From Hormiphora californensis (Eukaryota; Animalia; Ctenophora), in the NCBI GenBank assembly GCA_020137815.1, contig CM035361.1, positions 5,270,001-5,334,000 on the forward strand: DNA of 64,000 nt, given 5' to 3'. Numbering within the stretch: the stretch's first letter is position 1; each line of letters starts with the position of its first letter. Below the pieces are notes generated by a model. That model did no database searches, had not been told where the DNA came from, and saw nothing but the letters and a program-made list of their open reading frames with translations. Shown one piece after another: positions 1 to 13,700 of this stretch. The translations under genes and the position numbers were made by a program.

Positions 1-434
1 ACCAGATGAGATAGAGACTTAATTTCTGCACCTACCCCCACTAATGCGAGGACGCTACACATTTTAGTGCCCTCGGTTTTCCCTCTTCTCCTTTCCTAAG
101 CCCCGTTTTGGGTTTCGTCAGAAGGCTAAAAACATAGGTAAAAGGGCGTGGCCCAAAAACCCAACTTCTTCATTGATAAAACCGCGGCCAATTTTTTTGG
201 TGTTTCTAGGGACCTAATAGAGCCTACTAGAAGTGAAATTAGCTTGATAACAATTATGCCCATTTTTAATTTATTTTGGCATCATATGCCCTGACTAACA
301 CCAACCTATCCAATAAGAAGGTGTGTTGATCCTGTAAATTATGACGTCATACACACCTCTCTATGACGTAATACATCCCTCACTTTCTATTTATAGCCAT
401 GATAATGTCTAATGACGTCATTATATTTTCAGCC

Positions 435-1856
435 ATGATAAAATGGTTCCTGTTATGTTCCCTAATTCTCGCTGTTAGCCCATCAGAAAACACACCATCA
501 CCCGAGACACAAGCCAGTGAAGGGCAGTTGGAGACACAAGAAAGTAACAGTCACCTAGAAGAGGGTCAGACAGAACAGAACAATGCGCTATTAGTTGAGG
601 AGGATCAGACAGAAGGGGAGACTGACGAGGGTCAGACAGAAGGGGAGAGTGAGCTGTCCAAAGAGGAAACACCAGAAGTAGATGTACAAGATACGGTACA
701 AGATGCAGTGGAAGAAGAAGAAGAAGAAGAAGAAGAAGTCCCTAGAACAAGCCCGGTTTTAGATTTCTGGGATGTTCTAGAATCGTTTCAAACGTGTACA
801 TTACAAGGGAATCACTCAACTTCAGGAGATCAGGGCTCGGTGAGTTGTTTTAGTCTTCAAACTGGCCATCCTGCTTTGTCTAATCTCTCCTATTAGGCCA
901 CCCTAGACTCACACTAATAAATCTTCAAATCTGTCCTATTAGGCCACCCAGGCCACACTAATAAATCTAATTCTCTCAGACTGAGGGAAAAGAACGACCC
1001 TCCACCAGAAAGGTATTTGGGCTCAAAGCGGTAATGTTGAAATACCTTGTCCATCCTATCCACCGAACACTCGCCTTAGTTTTCCAAGAGGTAACTCCAC
1101 AAGTTTACTATTTTGCTAAAAACGATTAATAATTGAGTCAAAGCGTGTTTGTGTACCTGCTGACCTAAATCTTTTCGAAACTTAGCAATTATTTCCCTAC
1201 ACAGACAGAGAAAGACGGACACTTTGTAGTTCGAAAGTCGGCCGATACCCCTGATAAAGTGTACCGGTGTAAACAAAGCAGTAATAATGGTGGAGGAGAG
1301 GAAGGAAGAGATACCGGCGTAATACAGAGTGGTTAGTGGGGACTGAGTGGTTAGGAGTGGTTAGTGGGGACTGGGTGGTTAGTGAGGTGTCAGGGTGGTT
1401 AGGAGTGGTTGTTGGGGTTGTTGGGAGAGGGAGGAGATACTGGCATAATACAGAGTGGTTAGTGAGGTGTCAGGGTGGTTAGTGAATAGTGGGTACTGGG
1501 CTGGGTTATTAGGGGTGCAGGTTAGTGGTGATTAGTGGGCCGATGTGGGGGAGCAGGGTGGTTAGGACAACGAAACGCCGATTGGCAGTACTGTAAAACA
1601 TTTCCTTAGTCCCATACGTACGGGACGGGACTAAGGAAATGTTTTACAGTATCTTGCTTGCTGCAAAATTCCGAACAGAGCAGCGTGAGATACACAATAT
1701 ATCTAATACCATTTTTTTTGGGGGGGGGGAAAAATTTAATTTCCCCAAAAAATAAACCAAATGTTTTTTTTTTTTATTTTTTCCCTTTTTTTTTTTCCCC
1801 CCCCCCCCTTTTTTTGGGGGGGTTTTTTTTTTTTTTTTTCCCCCCCCCTTTTTTTT

Positions 1857-1937
<81 letters not shown>

Positions 1938-3824
1938 CCCCCCCCCCCCCCCCCTTTTTTTCCCCCCCTTTTCCCCCCTTTCCCCCCCCCCCCTCTTTTT
2001 CCCCCCTTCCCCTTTTCCCCCCTTTTTCCCCCCCTCCCGCCCCCCTTTTCCCCTCCTCCCCCCCCCCCTTTTTTTTTCCCCCCCCCAAAAAAAAAAATTT
2101 TAAAAAACCCCCCCCCCCTCCACCCCCTCCCCCCAACCCCCCCCCCCTTTTTTTTTTTTTATTTTTTCCCCCCCCCTTCTTTTCTTTTATCTCCCCCCCC
2201 CCTTTTTTGCTCTTTTTCCCTTTTTTCCCTTCTTCCTCTTTTCCTTCCCTTCCCCTCTCCCTCCTCTTCTTTTCCCCCCTCTTTCCCCCCTCCCTCCCCT
2301 TCTTTTTTTATCTTATTTCCCCCCCCCTTTTACCCCTTTTTCCCCTTTTATTTTCCCTTCTTTTCCCCCTTTTTCCCCCCAAAAAATTTTTTTTCCTTTT
2401 CCCCCCTTTCCCCCCCCCCCTCCTTTTCCCCCCCTCCTTCCCCTTCCCCCTTTTCCTTTTTTACCCTTTCCCCCTCCCCCCCCCCCCGGCCCTTTTGGAA
2501 AGTTGGGTTTCCCAAACCCAAAAAAAAAACTTAAACCCCCCCAAAAAATTCCCCTTTAAACCCCCTTCCTTTTTAAACCCAAAATTTTTTAAAATCCCAA
2601 ATTTTCCCCCTCCCTACCCCCCCCCCCTTTCCCCCCTTCCCCCCCCCAACCACCCTACCCTCCCCCCGTTTGGCCCCCCCCCCCCCCCCTTTTAAAAATT
2701 TCAAGGGGTAAGGAAAAAGACCCCCCTTCCCCCCCTTTTTCCCCTTAAAACCCCTTAACCCCTTTAAAATTAAATTAAAAAGGGGGGGTTTTTGGCCCCC
2801 CCTAAATCCCCCCCCCCCCTTTTGGCCCTCGGTTGGGGGGAATCCCATTTTCCCCCCCCCCAAAAAAAAAAAACCTCCCCCCCCTAAACCCTTAGGCCCT
2901 CCCCGGCCCTTTTTTCGTAGGGGCCGTGGAACCCTACCCACTTCTTCCAAACTTTTGTCCCCATCTTCTAAAACCCTCCCTACCCCGGCTCCAGTTCGTG
3001 ACTTCCTCTCCCTCCCTTCCTCTAATCTCTATAACCAATACTCTTACCCCCAGTTCGTGTCTCCCTCCCTCCCTGACCCTATAACCTTGTCAGGCACTGA
3101 CTGTATAGTAACATGATCTGAATCTCTCACACCCTCTCTAATCCCTATAACCACTCTATAACCACTCTATAACCACTCCTCCAACTTGGAACCCCCCAGT
3201 TCGCGTCTTCCTCCCTGACCCTCTCTATAACCCCTCCCCCCCCCCCCAGTTCGTGTGTACAGTACGGTGCCGTTGGAACTCCCACCGTCCTTCTATTCCT
3301 CCCTCCCTCTCTATCCCTTTAACCCCTATAACCACTTCCCAACCACCCTATAACCACTTCCCTGACCCTCCCCCAGTTCGTGTGTACAGTACGGTGCCGT
3401 TGGAACCCCCACCGTCCTTCTATTCCACGAATCAAAAGTAGTAAAGAAGATACCCCATACCTATCGGAATATTACAGACCTTCATTCCTACATTGCAAAT
3501 ATCACCGGTAAGCTTCTGATCAATTCGATTTAGGGTGAAATAGGGTGAAAGAGAGAATGAAAAAACTGGTTCTTGGTAATAAAACTTTATTTACATTTTA
3601 TTAAAACTTCCCCCCTTTTTTCAGATCTCAAATCAGGCTCTGAAGTGGAAGTGGCAGTAACGGAAGCGGATAAATCGAATGTTGAACTTCTCCCCTCCCT
3701 CGATTACCCTCTTATCTTTTCAGTGACTTTTCTCTCTTGTAGTCTCGTTTATCATACGTCCGGTTATGTGGGTGCGGTCGTAAAAAACACTCCTTTCTTT
3801 AATTTCTTTATGAATCTGTTGTAA
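435..3824 (+). CDS. TXNDC15: TXNDC15-like secreted-pathway thioredoxin-domain membrane protein (multi-exon; middle exons unresolved)
   Basis: ATG 435 follows ttttcag; signal peptide MIKWFLLCSLILAVS and acidic N-terminus (exon to 839, GTGAG donor). Exons ~3377-3507 and 3625-3824 read SCVQYGAVGTPTVLLFHESKVVKKIPHTYRNITDLHSYIANIT-DLKSGSEVEVAVTEADKSNVELLPSLDYPLIFSVTFL, which resembles the TXNDC15 C-terminus (RFGTVAVPNILLF..NHTDRT...VVVTQAD...DWLLVFSLFFL) from memory. Exons at 980-1090 and ~1205-1280 have uncertain frame. Confidence 0.65.
1589..1651. mobile_element. 63-bp hairpin / tiny TA-flanked MITE
   Basis: Perfect 25-bp inverted arms tactgtaaaacatttccttagtccc / gggactaaggaaatgttttacagta. Confidence 0.6.
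1710..2990. other. Low-quality homopolymer-dominated sequence (probable consensus failure)
   Basis: Long runs of C, T, A and G with no structure; ORFs are poly-P/F/G/K. Confidence 0.85.
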
Positions 3825-4786
3825 CGTGCTGTCTTGTTGTTTTTTAATTTATTTTGTTTACAAATTAATAATTTAAATTTTGCTGTTTTTCTGTTTCCTA
3901 ACGGGTATATTGGCGGTACCACTTCTTAAGAAGTTAACGACTCAAGGTAGTTGTCTCGAACAGCGACAGAATTTCCAAAACTAGAGTGTGGCCGTATTCT
4001 GGAGCCCTACACGCTCCAAGGGTGTGAGACGCCGTGACAGACGTTCCAAACAAAGCACATCGGTGAAGCACTGCACAACTCAGTGCGCAGAGAAGAGACG
4101 CGCACATCTTGGTAACCTGTGTGCCGCTTGTCAGCGGAGAGTGTTCGGAGAGTTTAGCTGCAGGAGGGGGCGTGTCTCCCTGAGTAGCACATGGGTCTGG
4201 GTTCATGACTCATGGTGAGTAGTGTGATTTCAGATATGAGGTGCCATCTGACAGGTCCATTTTATGATAATGGGCCGCTGAGTACTACCAGGGTTTGTTG
4301 AGTAAGGGGGAACTCAACAAACCAGGGTAGGGTTGTAAATCATGACTGGACTAGTTCATTGCATTATTTTGAAATTGCAACTGAAAGTCATACCATTCAG
4401 TGGTGGGCCCATTGCAGTCTCGCAGGTAGCTCTACGCCTAGGCCGTATAAGAGTCGTAAACAGTGAAGCATGAGCCCAGTAAAAGCCCTACTTCAAAATG
4501 GTATAACTTTTGTTGATGAATTCTCATTCTGTATATTACAACTAAAAAGGCCAATATACTTTGAAAATTGGTAAAATGAACTTTACACATTGTGTTTTTG
4601 AAAGAAAATAAAATGGTTCTAGACACTTACAAAAAAACGTACAATTGTCATTTTCAAGAAAAACAAACTAATAAACTTTCAACTCGTAAAAACTAAGTTG
4701 TTCAAATGTGTTACATAATGGGATCAAAAAAATAATATTACACAACTAGGCACAGCCCGACTTTTTTGTCTTCTCCAATTTTACAT

Positions 4787-7700
4787 TTATTCCTTGGTCT
4801 CTGGGACAGGGGCCAGGTCGACTTCCACAGATTTAACTTTCCAGATTTCCTCAGCGTATTGCCTGGGGAGTTAAGAAGGGGGTTGGAAAATTATTTAATA
4901 AGGAAAATAGTGGTTGAAAGATTGATAAATAGAATTCGGGAACGAAGGGCATAATAAAACCTCTGTCCTCTACTGCTTCATTTGTTCTTGTAACTTGGGA
5001 TGAGAAAGAACAAAACGTTTTAGTTCTGTCTCATTATTAGTAAAACCAAAACAATCAATACTCACGTGATGGTCCTATCACTGGTAAACTTCCCGCTGCC
5101 AGCAATGTTCAGTAGACATTTCTCAGTCCATTGAACCCAAGTCCATGTAAAGCTCGCTCACTTTCTCCTGCTCAGTGACGTAGGCAGCGAAATCAGCAAT
5201 AACACAAAACCTGTGAGGAGAGGATAGGAGAGAGGGATGGTTTGAAGTGCTAATAAAAGTCAAAACTGGACTGGAGGAGTCAGTTACTAAAGTTACGGTT
5301 CGGGTTAGATTTAGTAACAACTACCAGTACCAGTGCTGAGTAAATGTTATAGCTGTGTCTATCTGTACCTGTCATTACTAATCAATTAATCAAATAATTA
5401 ATTAATTAATTACCTGTCATTACTAATGAGACCATCCACGAAACCCTCAAACTTGTGAGGCTCAGAGGAGTTGAAGAATCCAGTTTTAATTTGGTTGAAA
5501 GCAAGTTGTAGTTCAGGAAGGTTAGCTAGGAATCTGGGGAGGGGGGTTGAGATATTAATATAATGGTGAGGTTTGGGGGGGGGGATATGGTGAGGTTAGC
5601 TAGGAATCTGGGGGGGGTATGGTGAGGTTAGCTAGGAATCTGGGGGGGTGAGATATGGTGAGGTTTGGTGAGGTTAGGGTTGAGATATAATGGTGAGGTT
5701 TGGGGTGAGATATGGTGAGGTTTGGGGTGAGATATGGTGAGGTTAGGGGTGAGATATGGTGAGGTTAGGGGTGGTGATATGGTGAGGTTTAGGGTGAGAT
5801 ATGGTGAGGTTAGGGGTGAGATATGGTGAGGTTAGGGGTGAGATATGATGAGGTTTGGTGTGAGATATGATGAGGTTTGGGGTGAGATATGGTGAGGTTG
5901 GGGGTGAGATATAATGGTGAGGTTAGGGGTGAGATATGGTGAGGTTAGGGGTGAGATATGGTGAGGTTAGGGGTGAGATATGGTGAGGTTAGGGGGTGAG
6001 ATATGGTGAGGTTAGGGGGTGAGATATGGTGAGGTTAGGGGTGAGATATGGTGAGGTTAGGGGTGAGATATGGTGAGGTTAGGGGTGAGATATGGGGGTG
6101 AGATATAGTGAGGTTAGGGGTGAGATATGGTGAGGTTTGGAGTGAGATATGGTGAGGTTAGGGGTGAGATATGGTGAGGTTAGGGGTGAGATATGGTGAG
6201 GTTAGGGGTGAGATATGGTGAGGTTAGGAGTGAGATATGGTGAGGTTAGGGGTGAGATATGGTGAGGTTTGGAGTGAGATATGGTGAGGTTAGGGGGGAG
6301 ATATGGTGAGGTTAGGGGGAGACATGGTGAGGTTTGGGATTCAGATATGGTGAGGTTGGGGGGAAATTGATACATCGAGGACATTTATACTCATTTTGTT
6401 TAGAAATGTAGGGCATAACGTGTGCTCACTGCTCAGATCGGGTCGGCGCCGCCAGACACTGACATAACAACTCAACAAAAACATATCTCAGGTACTTACT
6501 TGCGAGTATCATATCCGTCTCTCCACAACTTTTCCACATCAGCAACTCTCATGCCGAAGATGAACATGTTTTCAATACCACATTCCTCTGACATCTCAAC
6601 ATTTGCACCATCAAGTGTTCCGATTGTAAGGGCACCGTTTAACTAAGTGGGAGGGGAGGTTTAGATTGTAATCGAATTCTATGCCCATGCCATTACTCCC
6701 TTGGGATTTCCGGCTAACGCTGTGTTAGAGTGTTCAAGTGATCCAAATAATTGATAGAATCATGGAACTCCTAAGAATTCCTACGAAGTATGTGATTTCA
6801 GGACCACCCAACGACCTGCCTCCCGTTGAAAAATCCGATTATCAGGCACCAGCTGATAAGATTTTCTTCCCACCCGCGCGGCAAACGCGCACAAGTCTTT
6901 AACTTTGTGTCATTGCGCGCTACACCCGAACTGTGTGAAGCTCCCTGTACTGTGTTCTGAAGCTGCAGTTTGTGTTACGTCTGTGTGGGCGAAATTCTGT
7001 GGGATGAACACGTACATTATATGTGACAATTATACTTCCTCTAGATGCGAGTATGTATGGGGGAGAGACGTATTGTTAAGTAGGCATGAGGGGAGTGAGA
7101 GAGAGGAATGGTTAAGTAGGGAGAGAGACACATGAGAAAGTAGGGACAGTAACCAGGGAGAGAGGGACAGAGAAAGAGACGTATGGTAACCAAAGTAGGG
7201 AGGACTCTCCATCTTAAGAAAGTTCGAGAAGTAATTGTACGAGTGTGGACTGCATGTTGATGAAATTAATGAAATTGTTCTCTGCTGCAGGACCAGTGAC
7301 TCCAATCTAACCAATTGAATATTACATCCAGTCCCAAACCCAATTCGAAGTTTCATTTATCTGCCAAACCGGTCATACTACAGGACACGAGATACCGGTT
7401 GTCTTCTAAGTTCTAATATAAGTTCTAATAAAACCCTTCTCTTAACTTTAAAAAAAGGTGCCGTAGTAAGGGTCGATCAGCCCGAACCACATACCATTCC
7501 TGCTCAAATATCATTACTGAATAGTATTCATACCAGGAACCGACCGAATCAGGAAATACTGGTCCCTGATTGGCTGATAACCAGTCACGTGACCTAAATA
7601 ACGAGTTCTGATTGGCTGTTTACTTAATTCGGTCGGTTCCTGCTGAATAGTATTCATACCATGAACTTCATATTTCCTGTTCCAGATGCCTCTGTTCCAG

Positions 7701-10700
7701 CGAGAGAGATCTGCTCGCTAAGGTCTGCTGCCGGCATTATCACTTCAGCCAGGGAACACTGGGGGGAAGAAAGGGTGTAAAAGTAGGGAGGAAAAAGTGG
7801 TAGGAATAGGAGAAAATAAAAGGATGGTTTGGGAGGGAAAGTGGTAGAATTAGGGGAGAAAAAAAAAGAAAGGTTTGGGAGGGAAAGTGGTAGAAATAGG
7901 GGAGAAAAAAGAAAGGTTTGGGAGGGAAAGTGGTAGAAATAGGGGAGAAGGAAGGAAGGAAGGATATAAATAGTAGTCAAGGATGTTCTTGAATGTTCGC
8001 TTCGGATATAAGTGGTAAGAATTTTAGTAAGGAGAGAGAGGCAAAGATTCTAGAAGTAATAACGCTAGGAATTCTCTCTCTCTCGGGGAAAGATAGATGT
8101 TATAAAGCACACTTCTCTCCGGCCAATTTAATATTCAAAGGTTCTCTTACGAATATTCTACATAATTCTTTGAACATGATATCTGTTCGAACACAACCAC
8201 GATTCCTTAGTAAACGTGATGAATGGTTATCCGGTTATCCTGGTTTAATTTCGGGTCAAATCCAGTATTTCTATTCTCTTCTCTACCTAATTCTTGTACA
8301 TGTATTTCATTACTGAATTATCTTACCCGGTAGTTAGATAGGAATACCACTTTTATCTTACCCGGTAGTTAGATAAGAATACCACTTTTATCTTACCCTG
8401 TAGTTAGATAGGAATACCACTTTGAGCCTATCCTTCATCATTGGATCGTTGTTAACTACATCGGCTACGTGACATATCAGGGATATGGTCTGTTTAGCTG
8501 TGTGGTATCCTGGCGCTGCCTGAGGGGAGATATGGTCTGTTTAGCTGTGTGGTATCCTGGCGCTGCCTGAGGGGAGATATGGTCTGTTTAGCAGTGTGGT
8601 ATCCTGGCGCTGCCTGAGGGGAGATATGGTCTGTTTAACTGTGTGGTATCCTGGCGCTGCCTGAGGGGAGATATGGTCTGTTTAGCTGTGTGGTATCCTG
8701 GCGCTGCCTGAGGGGAGATATGGTCTGTTTAGCTGTGTGGTATCCTGGCGCTGCCTGAGGGGAGATATGGTCTGTTTAGCTGTGTGGTATCCTGGCGCTG
8801 CCTGAGGGGAGATATGGTCTGTTTAGCTGTGTGGTATCCTGGCGCTGCCTGAGGGGAGATATGGTCTGTTTAGCTGTGTGGTATCCTGGCGCTGCCTGAG
8901 GGGAGATATGGTCTGTTTAGCTGTGTGGTATCCTGGCGCTGCCTGAGGGGAGATATGGTCTGTTTAGCTGTGTGGTATCCTGGCGCTGCCTGAGGGGAGA
9001 TATGGTCTGTTTAGCAGTATGGTATCCTGGCGCTGCCTGAGGGGAGATATGGTCTGTTTAGCAGTGTGGTATCCTGGCGCTGCCTGAGGGGAGATATGGT
9101 CTGTTTAGCAGTGTGGTATCCTGGCGCTGCCTGAGGGGAGATATGGTCTGTTTAGCTGTGTGGTATCCTGGCGCTGCCTGAGGGGAGATATGGTCTGTTT
9201 AGCTGTGTGGTATCCTGGCGCTGCCTGAGGGGAGATATGGTCTGTTTAGCTGTGTGGTATCCTGGCGCTGCCTGAGGGGAGATATGGTCTGTTTAGCTGT
9301 GTGGTATCCTGGCGCTGCCTGAGGGGAGATATGGTCTGTTTAGCTGTGTGGTATCCTGGCGCTGCCTGAGGGGAGATATGGTCTGTTTAGCTGTGTGGTA
9401 TCCTGGCGCTGCCTGAGGGGAGATATGGTCTGTTTAGCTGTGTGGTATCCTGGCGCTGCCTGAGGGGAGATATGGTCTGTTTAGCTGTGTGGTATCCTGG
9501 CGCTGCCTGAGGGGAGATATGGTCTGTTTAGCAGTGTGGTATCCTGGCGCTGCCTGAGGGGAGATATGGTCTGTTTAGCTGTGTGGTATCCTGGCGCTGC
9601 CTGAGGGGAGATATGGTCTGTTTAGCTGTGTGGTATCCTGGCGCTGCCTGAGGGGAGATATGGTCTGTTTAGCTGTGTGGTATCCTGGCGCTGCCTGAGG
9701 GGAGATATGGTCTGTTTAGCTGTGTGGTATCCTTAATCCTGGTGCTGCCTGAGGGGAGATATGGTCTGTTTAGCTGTGTGGTATCCTGGCGCTGCCTGAG
9801 GGGAGATATGGTCTGTTTAGCTGTGTGGTATCCTGGCGCTGCCTGAGGGGAGATATGGTCTGTTTAGCTGTGTGGTATCCTGGCGCTGCCTGAGGGGAGA
9901 TATGGTCTGTTTAGCTGTGTGGTATCCTGGCGCTGCCTGAGGGGAGATATGGTCTGTTTAGCAGTGTGGTATCCTGGCGCTGCCTGAGGGGAGATATGGT
10001 CTGTTTAGCTGTGTGGTATCCTGGCGCTGCCTGAGGGGGGATATGGTCTGTTTAGCAGTGTGGTATCCTGGCGCTGCCTGAGGGGAGATATGGTCTGTTT
10101 AGCAGTGTGGTATCCTGGCGCTGCCTGAGGGGAGATATGGTCTGTTTAGCTGTGTGGTATCCTGGCGCTGCCTGAGGGGAGATATGGTCTGTTTAGCAGT
10201 GTGGTATCCTGGCGCTGCCTGAGGGGAGATATGGGGCATAAAGGCTGCCTGAGGGGGAATGAAGATTGAAGGCTTCCTGAGGGGGGATATGGGGGTTAAA
10301 GAAAGAGAGAAGAGCTGCCTGAGGGGGAATGAAGATTGAAGGCTGCCTGAGGGAAGATAGGAGTGAAGCTGAGAAAATCCTAGTACAATTTAGGAATGGG
10401 CTAGGAATGCTAAACACTGGAATATGGCACGGTAATATAATTACAGTCTCCAGAGGACAAAAGGTGTACAGTGCAGTACAACACTAATGAGATATCTTTG
10501 GAGAACAGAGAGGAATTTGACGCTACATTTACTGCAGCTAAATGCGATCTAGAAAGATGTACACATTCTGGAAAGATGTCTATTCTCTAGAAAGTTCTAT
10601 TATATGTTCATTAGCGTGCACTGTGCAATGAATCTTAACAAGCTAGATCTGTCAGAAAAATCTAGTTAGACTAACATGGACCACCACTGAGAGAGAGCAT

Positions 10701-13700
10701 CGGCTTCGACAGAAAGATTCGAGCCGCAAAGGGAGTTATTAATAAATATATGTTCCAGAAAGAGAGAATCCCAATTCTCTGCTATCACACAAACATGACA
10801 AAGTTAAATATAATATATATTGACGGGTGACAAGTCCTGAGTTCACTAAAACTTTGCAGTCGTTAATATGACAAAACAAATATCTCTCTCCCAGGAAATA
10901 CTGGTCCCTGATTGGCTGATAACCAGTCACGTGACCTAAATAAAGAGTTCTGATTGGTTGTTTACTTGTTTAGGTCGGTTCCTGCTCTCTCCCTTACCTT
11001 TCCACCGAAGAAGACGGTCCTGGGTACGAAGTCTCCGTTAGGATTTGACCTGATCCTGTTGTAAAGGGTAATGACATGCAGCAGGTTCATAGTCTGTCTC
11101 TTGTACTCGTGTATACGTTTCACCTTTTAGAGGGAGAGAGGTTAGAAATCAGAATGTACTAGTGGATCTACATAATTCTGTGTGTTTGGGAGAGACATGG
11201 GGGTATAACTTGTGTCTTGTATACACTGTGTAACTATCAGAGTTATGGTGGCATGAACATAAAAGGTATAAACATCTTCCAGAATCAGGAACCGACCGAA
11301 TCAGGAAATACTGGTCCCTGATTGGCTGATAACCAGTCACGTGACCTAAATAACGAGTTCTGATTGATTGTTTACTTGTTTCGGTCGGTTCCTGCCCAGA
11401 ATCTAACAGGAAGGGGCGAAGTGTATACTTGGTAGAGTGTGCTGTGTGTATGACCGTGTGGGTATGAACGGAGAGCTAGGAAGTGCAAAACAAAGACCCC
11501 GGTACCCATGAGGTATGGGCAATACGTGGTCCTATCCTTGGTAATGAAATTACCCCTCCGCGAAAGCTATAATATGCAATAATAGGGGTGACTTTGTAAC
11601 CAACCATTTTCCTATTCGCTGTCATATATAGTTTCAAACTTTCGTCTTTCATCAAACTACAACGTAAAAATATTTCTTGAAAAACGAACCTGGATGTCAA
11701 AGAGACTACCAGTGTTTAACTCAATCCCGTATTGGTTGAACACATACTGTGCCAACTTTCTCTTGTTCTCTTGTTTCGTCTTGAAGATCTCCTGTTTTTG
11801 AAGAGATTATGAGATTACATGGTTTGATTGTTATGTTATAGTCCTCCTAGTTACTTGCGAAAAGTGGGTCGAGCTAGGCAAGGTTTGAGGTGCTCGAGAA
11901 CACGTAGCAGGAGGATGCTGAATACGAATAATACATGAGGAACAGTTATTCATCTGTGAATGAGCTGTATGTATGATTGTCTGTCTGTGTGTCACAGTTA
12001 TTATGTATACCTGAAAGAAAGATTTGTCTGTGTGTCTGTGTGTGTCTGTGTGTCTGTGTGTGGTTGTGCGTGTGTGTGTCTGTGTGTCTGTGTGTGGTTG
12101 TGTGTGTGTGTGTCTGTGTGTGGTTGTGTCTGTGTCTCTGTGTGTCTGTGTGTGTGGTTGTGCATGTGACGTCACAGTACCTGTAAGAAAGACTTGTCTG
12201 TGTGTGTGTCACAGTACCTATAAGAAAGATTTGTCTGTGTGTCACAGTACCTGTGTCTCTGTGTGTCTGTGTGTGTGGTTGTGCATGTGACGTCACAGTA
12301 CCTGTAGGAAGGACTTATCTCCCACGAATTCCCTCAGTTTGGTCAACTGCGACAGTTCCTTCACCCATCCCGCACCTACAATGAGGCCGGGGATTAAAAC
12401 AAACTCTTAACTTGGCCATTAAATTTATGGCGTATAATATTATTATATTATTATTATTATTATATTATATATATTATATATATTATTATTATATTATAAT
12501 ATGTGCAGTCGGACCCCCAAAGATAATAATCACCTATTTTCTCCGTGATAAGATGAGAGAGTGAGGGGTTACATAGGACCAGCCACCTCCTTGGTGTAAT
12601 ACCATTAGTTTTGTTTTGGAATTTATCAGGGGTCATCTGGTAGAAGTCACAGAACCTTAGGGAGAGATTTGGGTTAAACATTGTTAAAATCATGTAAATA
12701 ACTAATCATATACATCAGTAATCAATAACTAATTACTAACTGAGTATTATATGTACTTATTTCTTAATTAATAAATATGGATTAATAATATTAGTTAAGA
12801 AATAATGAATTAATTCTTCTTACAGAGAAGTGGTTAGTAGACCACTGTGGATTGCTGCTACACCGTTAACCGTGTGACTACTAACCACACTCAGATACGC
12901 CATATTGATCCTCTTTTCACCTTGAGAGAGAAATATGCGATAATATTAATTGTTTGAGAGAAATAGGAGAAATAGTGCCTGGTAGTCATGGGGTGGGTCA
13001 GAATGTCACCTTCATAGAGAGATTACAAAAAAAGAAGAAAATAGGTTTATTGTTCAGTTTATTTCCTCCGAAAAGAACAATGCCCCCTTTGTTCATCTTC
13101 GGGTCAATGACTTGCAAGAGGTGCAGAAATTGACTTTGTTCGCTTCCTATACTGATCAAAAAACTTATCCAACTACCCAGCGGCCATATCTTATTCACTA
13201 CCCTCCTGGACGTGCTGGACAATTTATCATCCAACACTCACCACACTCATCATATATAGTTATCTAAGTACTCACCACACTAATCATCTAATTATCTAAT
13301 TACTCACCACACTCCTCGACAACACTCATCCTCCTAACTCTGTCCTCATCTCCAGGGAATGCAGCCCTCACTTTCTCCAGATGATGATGGTTTATCTGGT
13401 AGATGATGTCCAGATGCCGAGGCAACACTGAAACAAGTAAACAACCAATCAGAACTCGTTATTTAGGTCACGTGACTGGTTATCAGCCAATCAGGGACCA
13501 GTATTTCCTGATTCGGTCCGTTCCTGGTTTTTGATCTACCGAACCCTCACATCGAGCACTCGTTATGAGAATGCGATGTGAGCCACATGCACACAATATT
13601 ATTTCTGTTTCTGGGGATTTAGTAGTTTGTTCTGTTTTTCTGTAATTTCTGTTTCTGTTTTTTTTCTCTCACCGTGTTCAAGCATAGCAACAGGCCACCG

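Noticed and set aside
1658-2950. Long Pro/Phe/Gly/Lys ORFs
   Set aside because: Translations of homopolymer-rich low-quality sequence; the same applies to 60023-60632
5066-5210. Frameshift suggesting a phosphorylase pseudogene (also CRIPT exon 3 and ~35029)
   Set aside because: All are +1 insertions in short homopolymers in otherwise intact genes, typical of long-read error
5640-6362. Interstitial telomere
   Set aside because: TTAGGGG is only part of a 22-bp unit, not a (TTAGGG)n tract
8482-10235. CRISPR-like arrays (also 37763-38922 and 57174-58230)
   Set aside because: No unique spacers; eukaryotic tandem repeats
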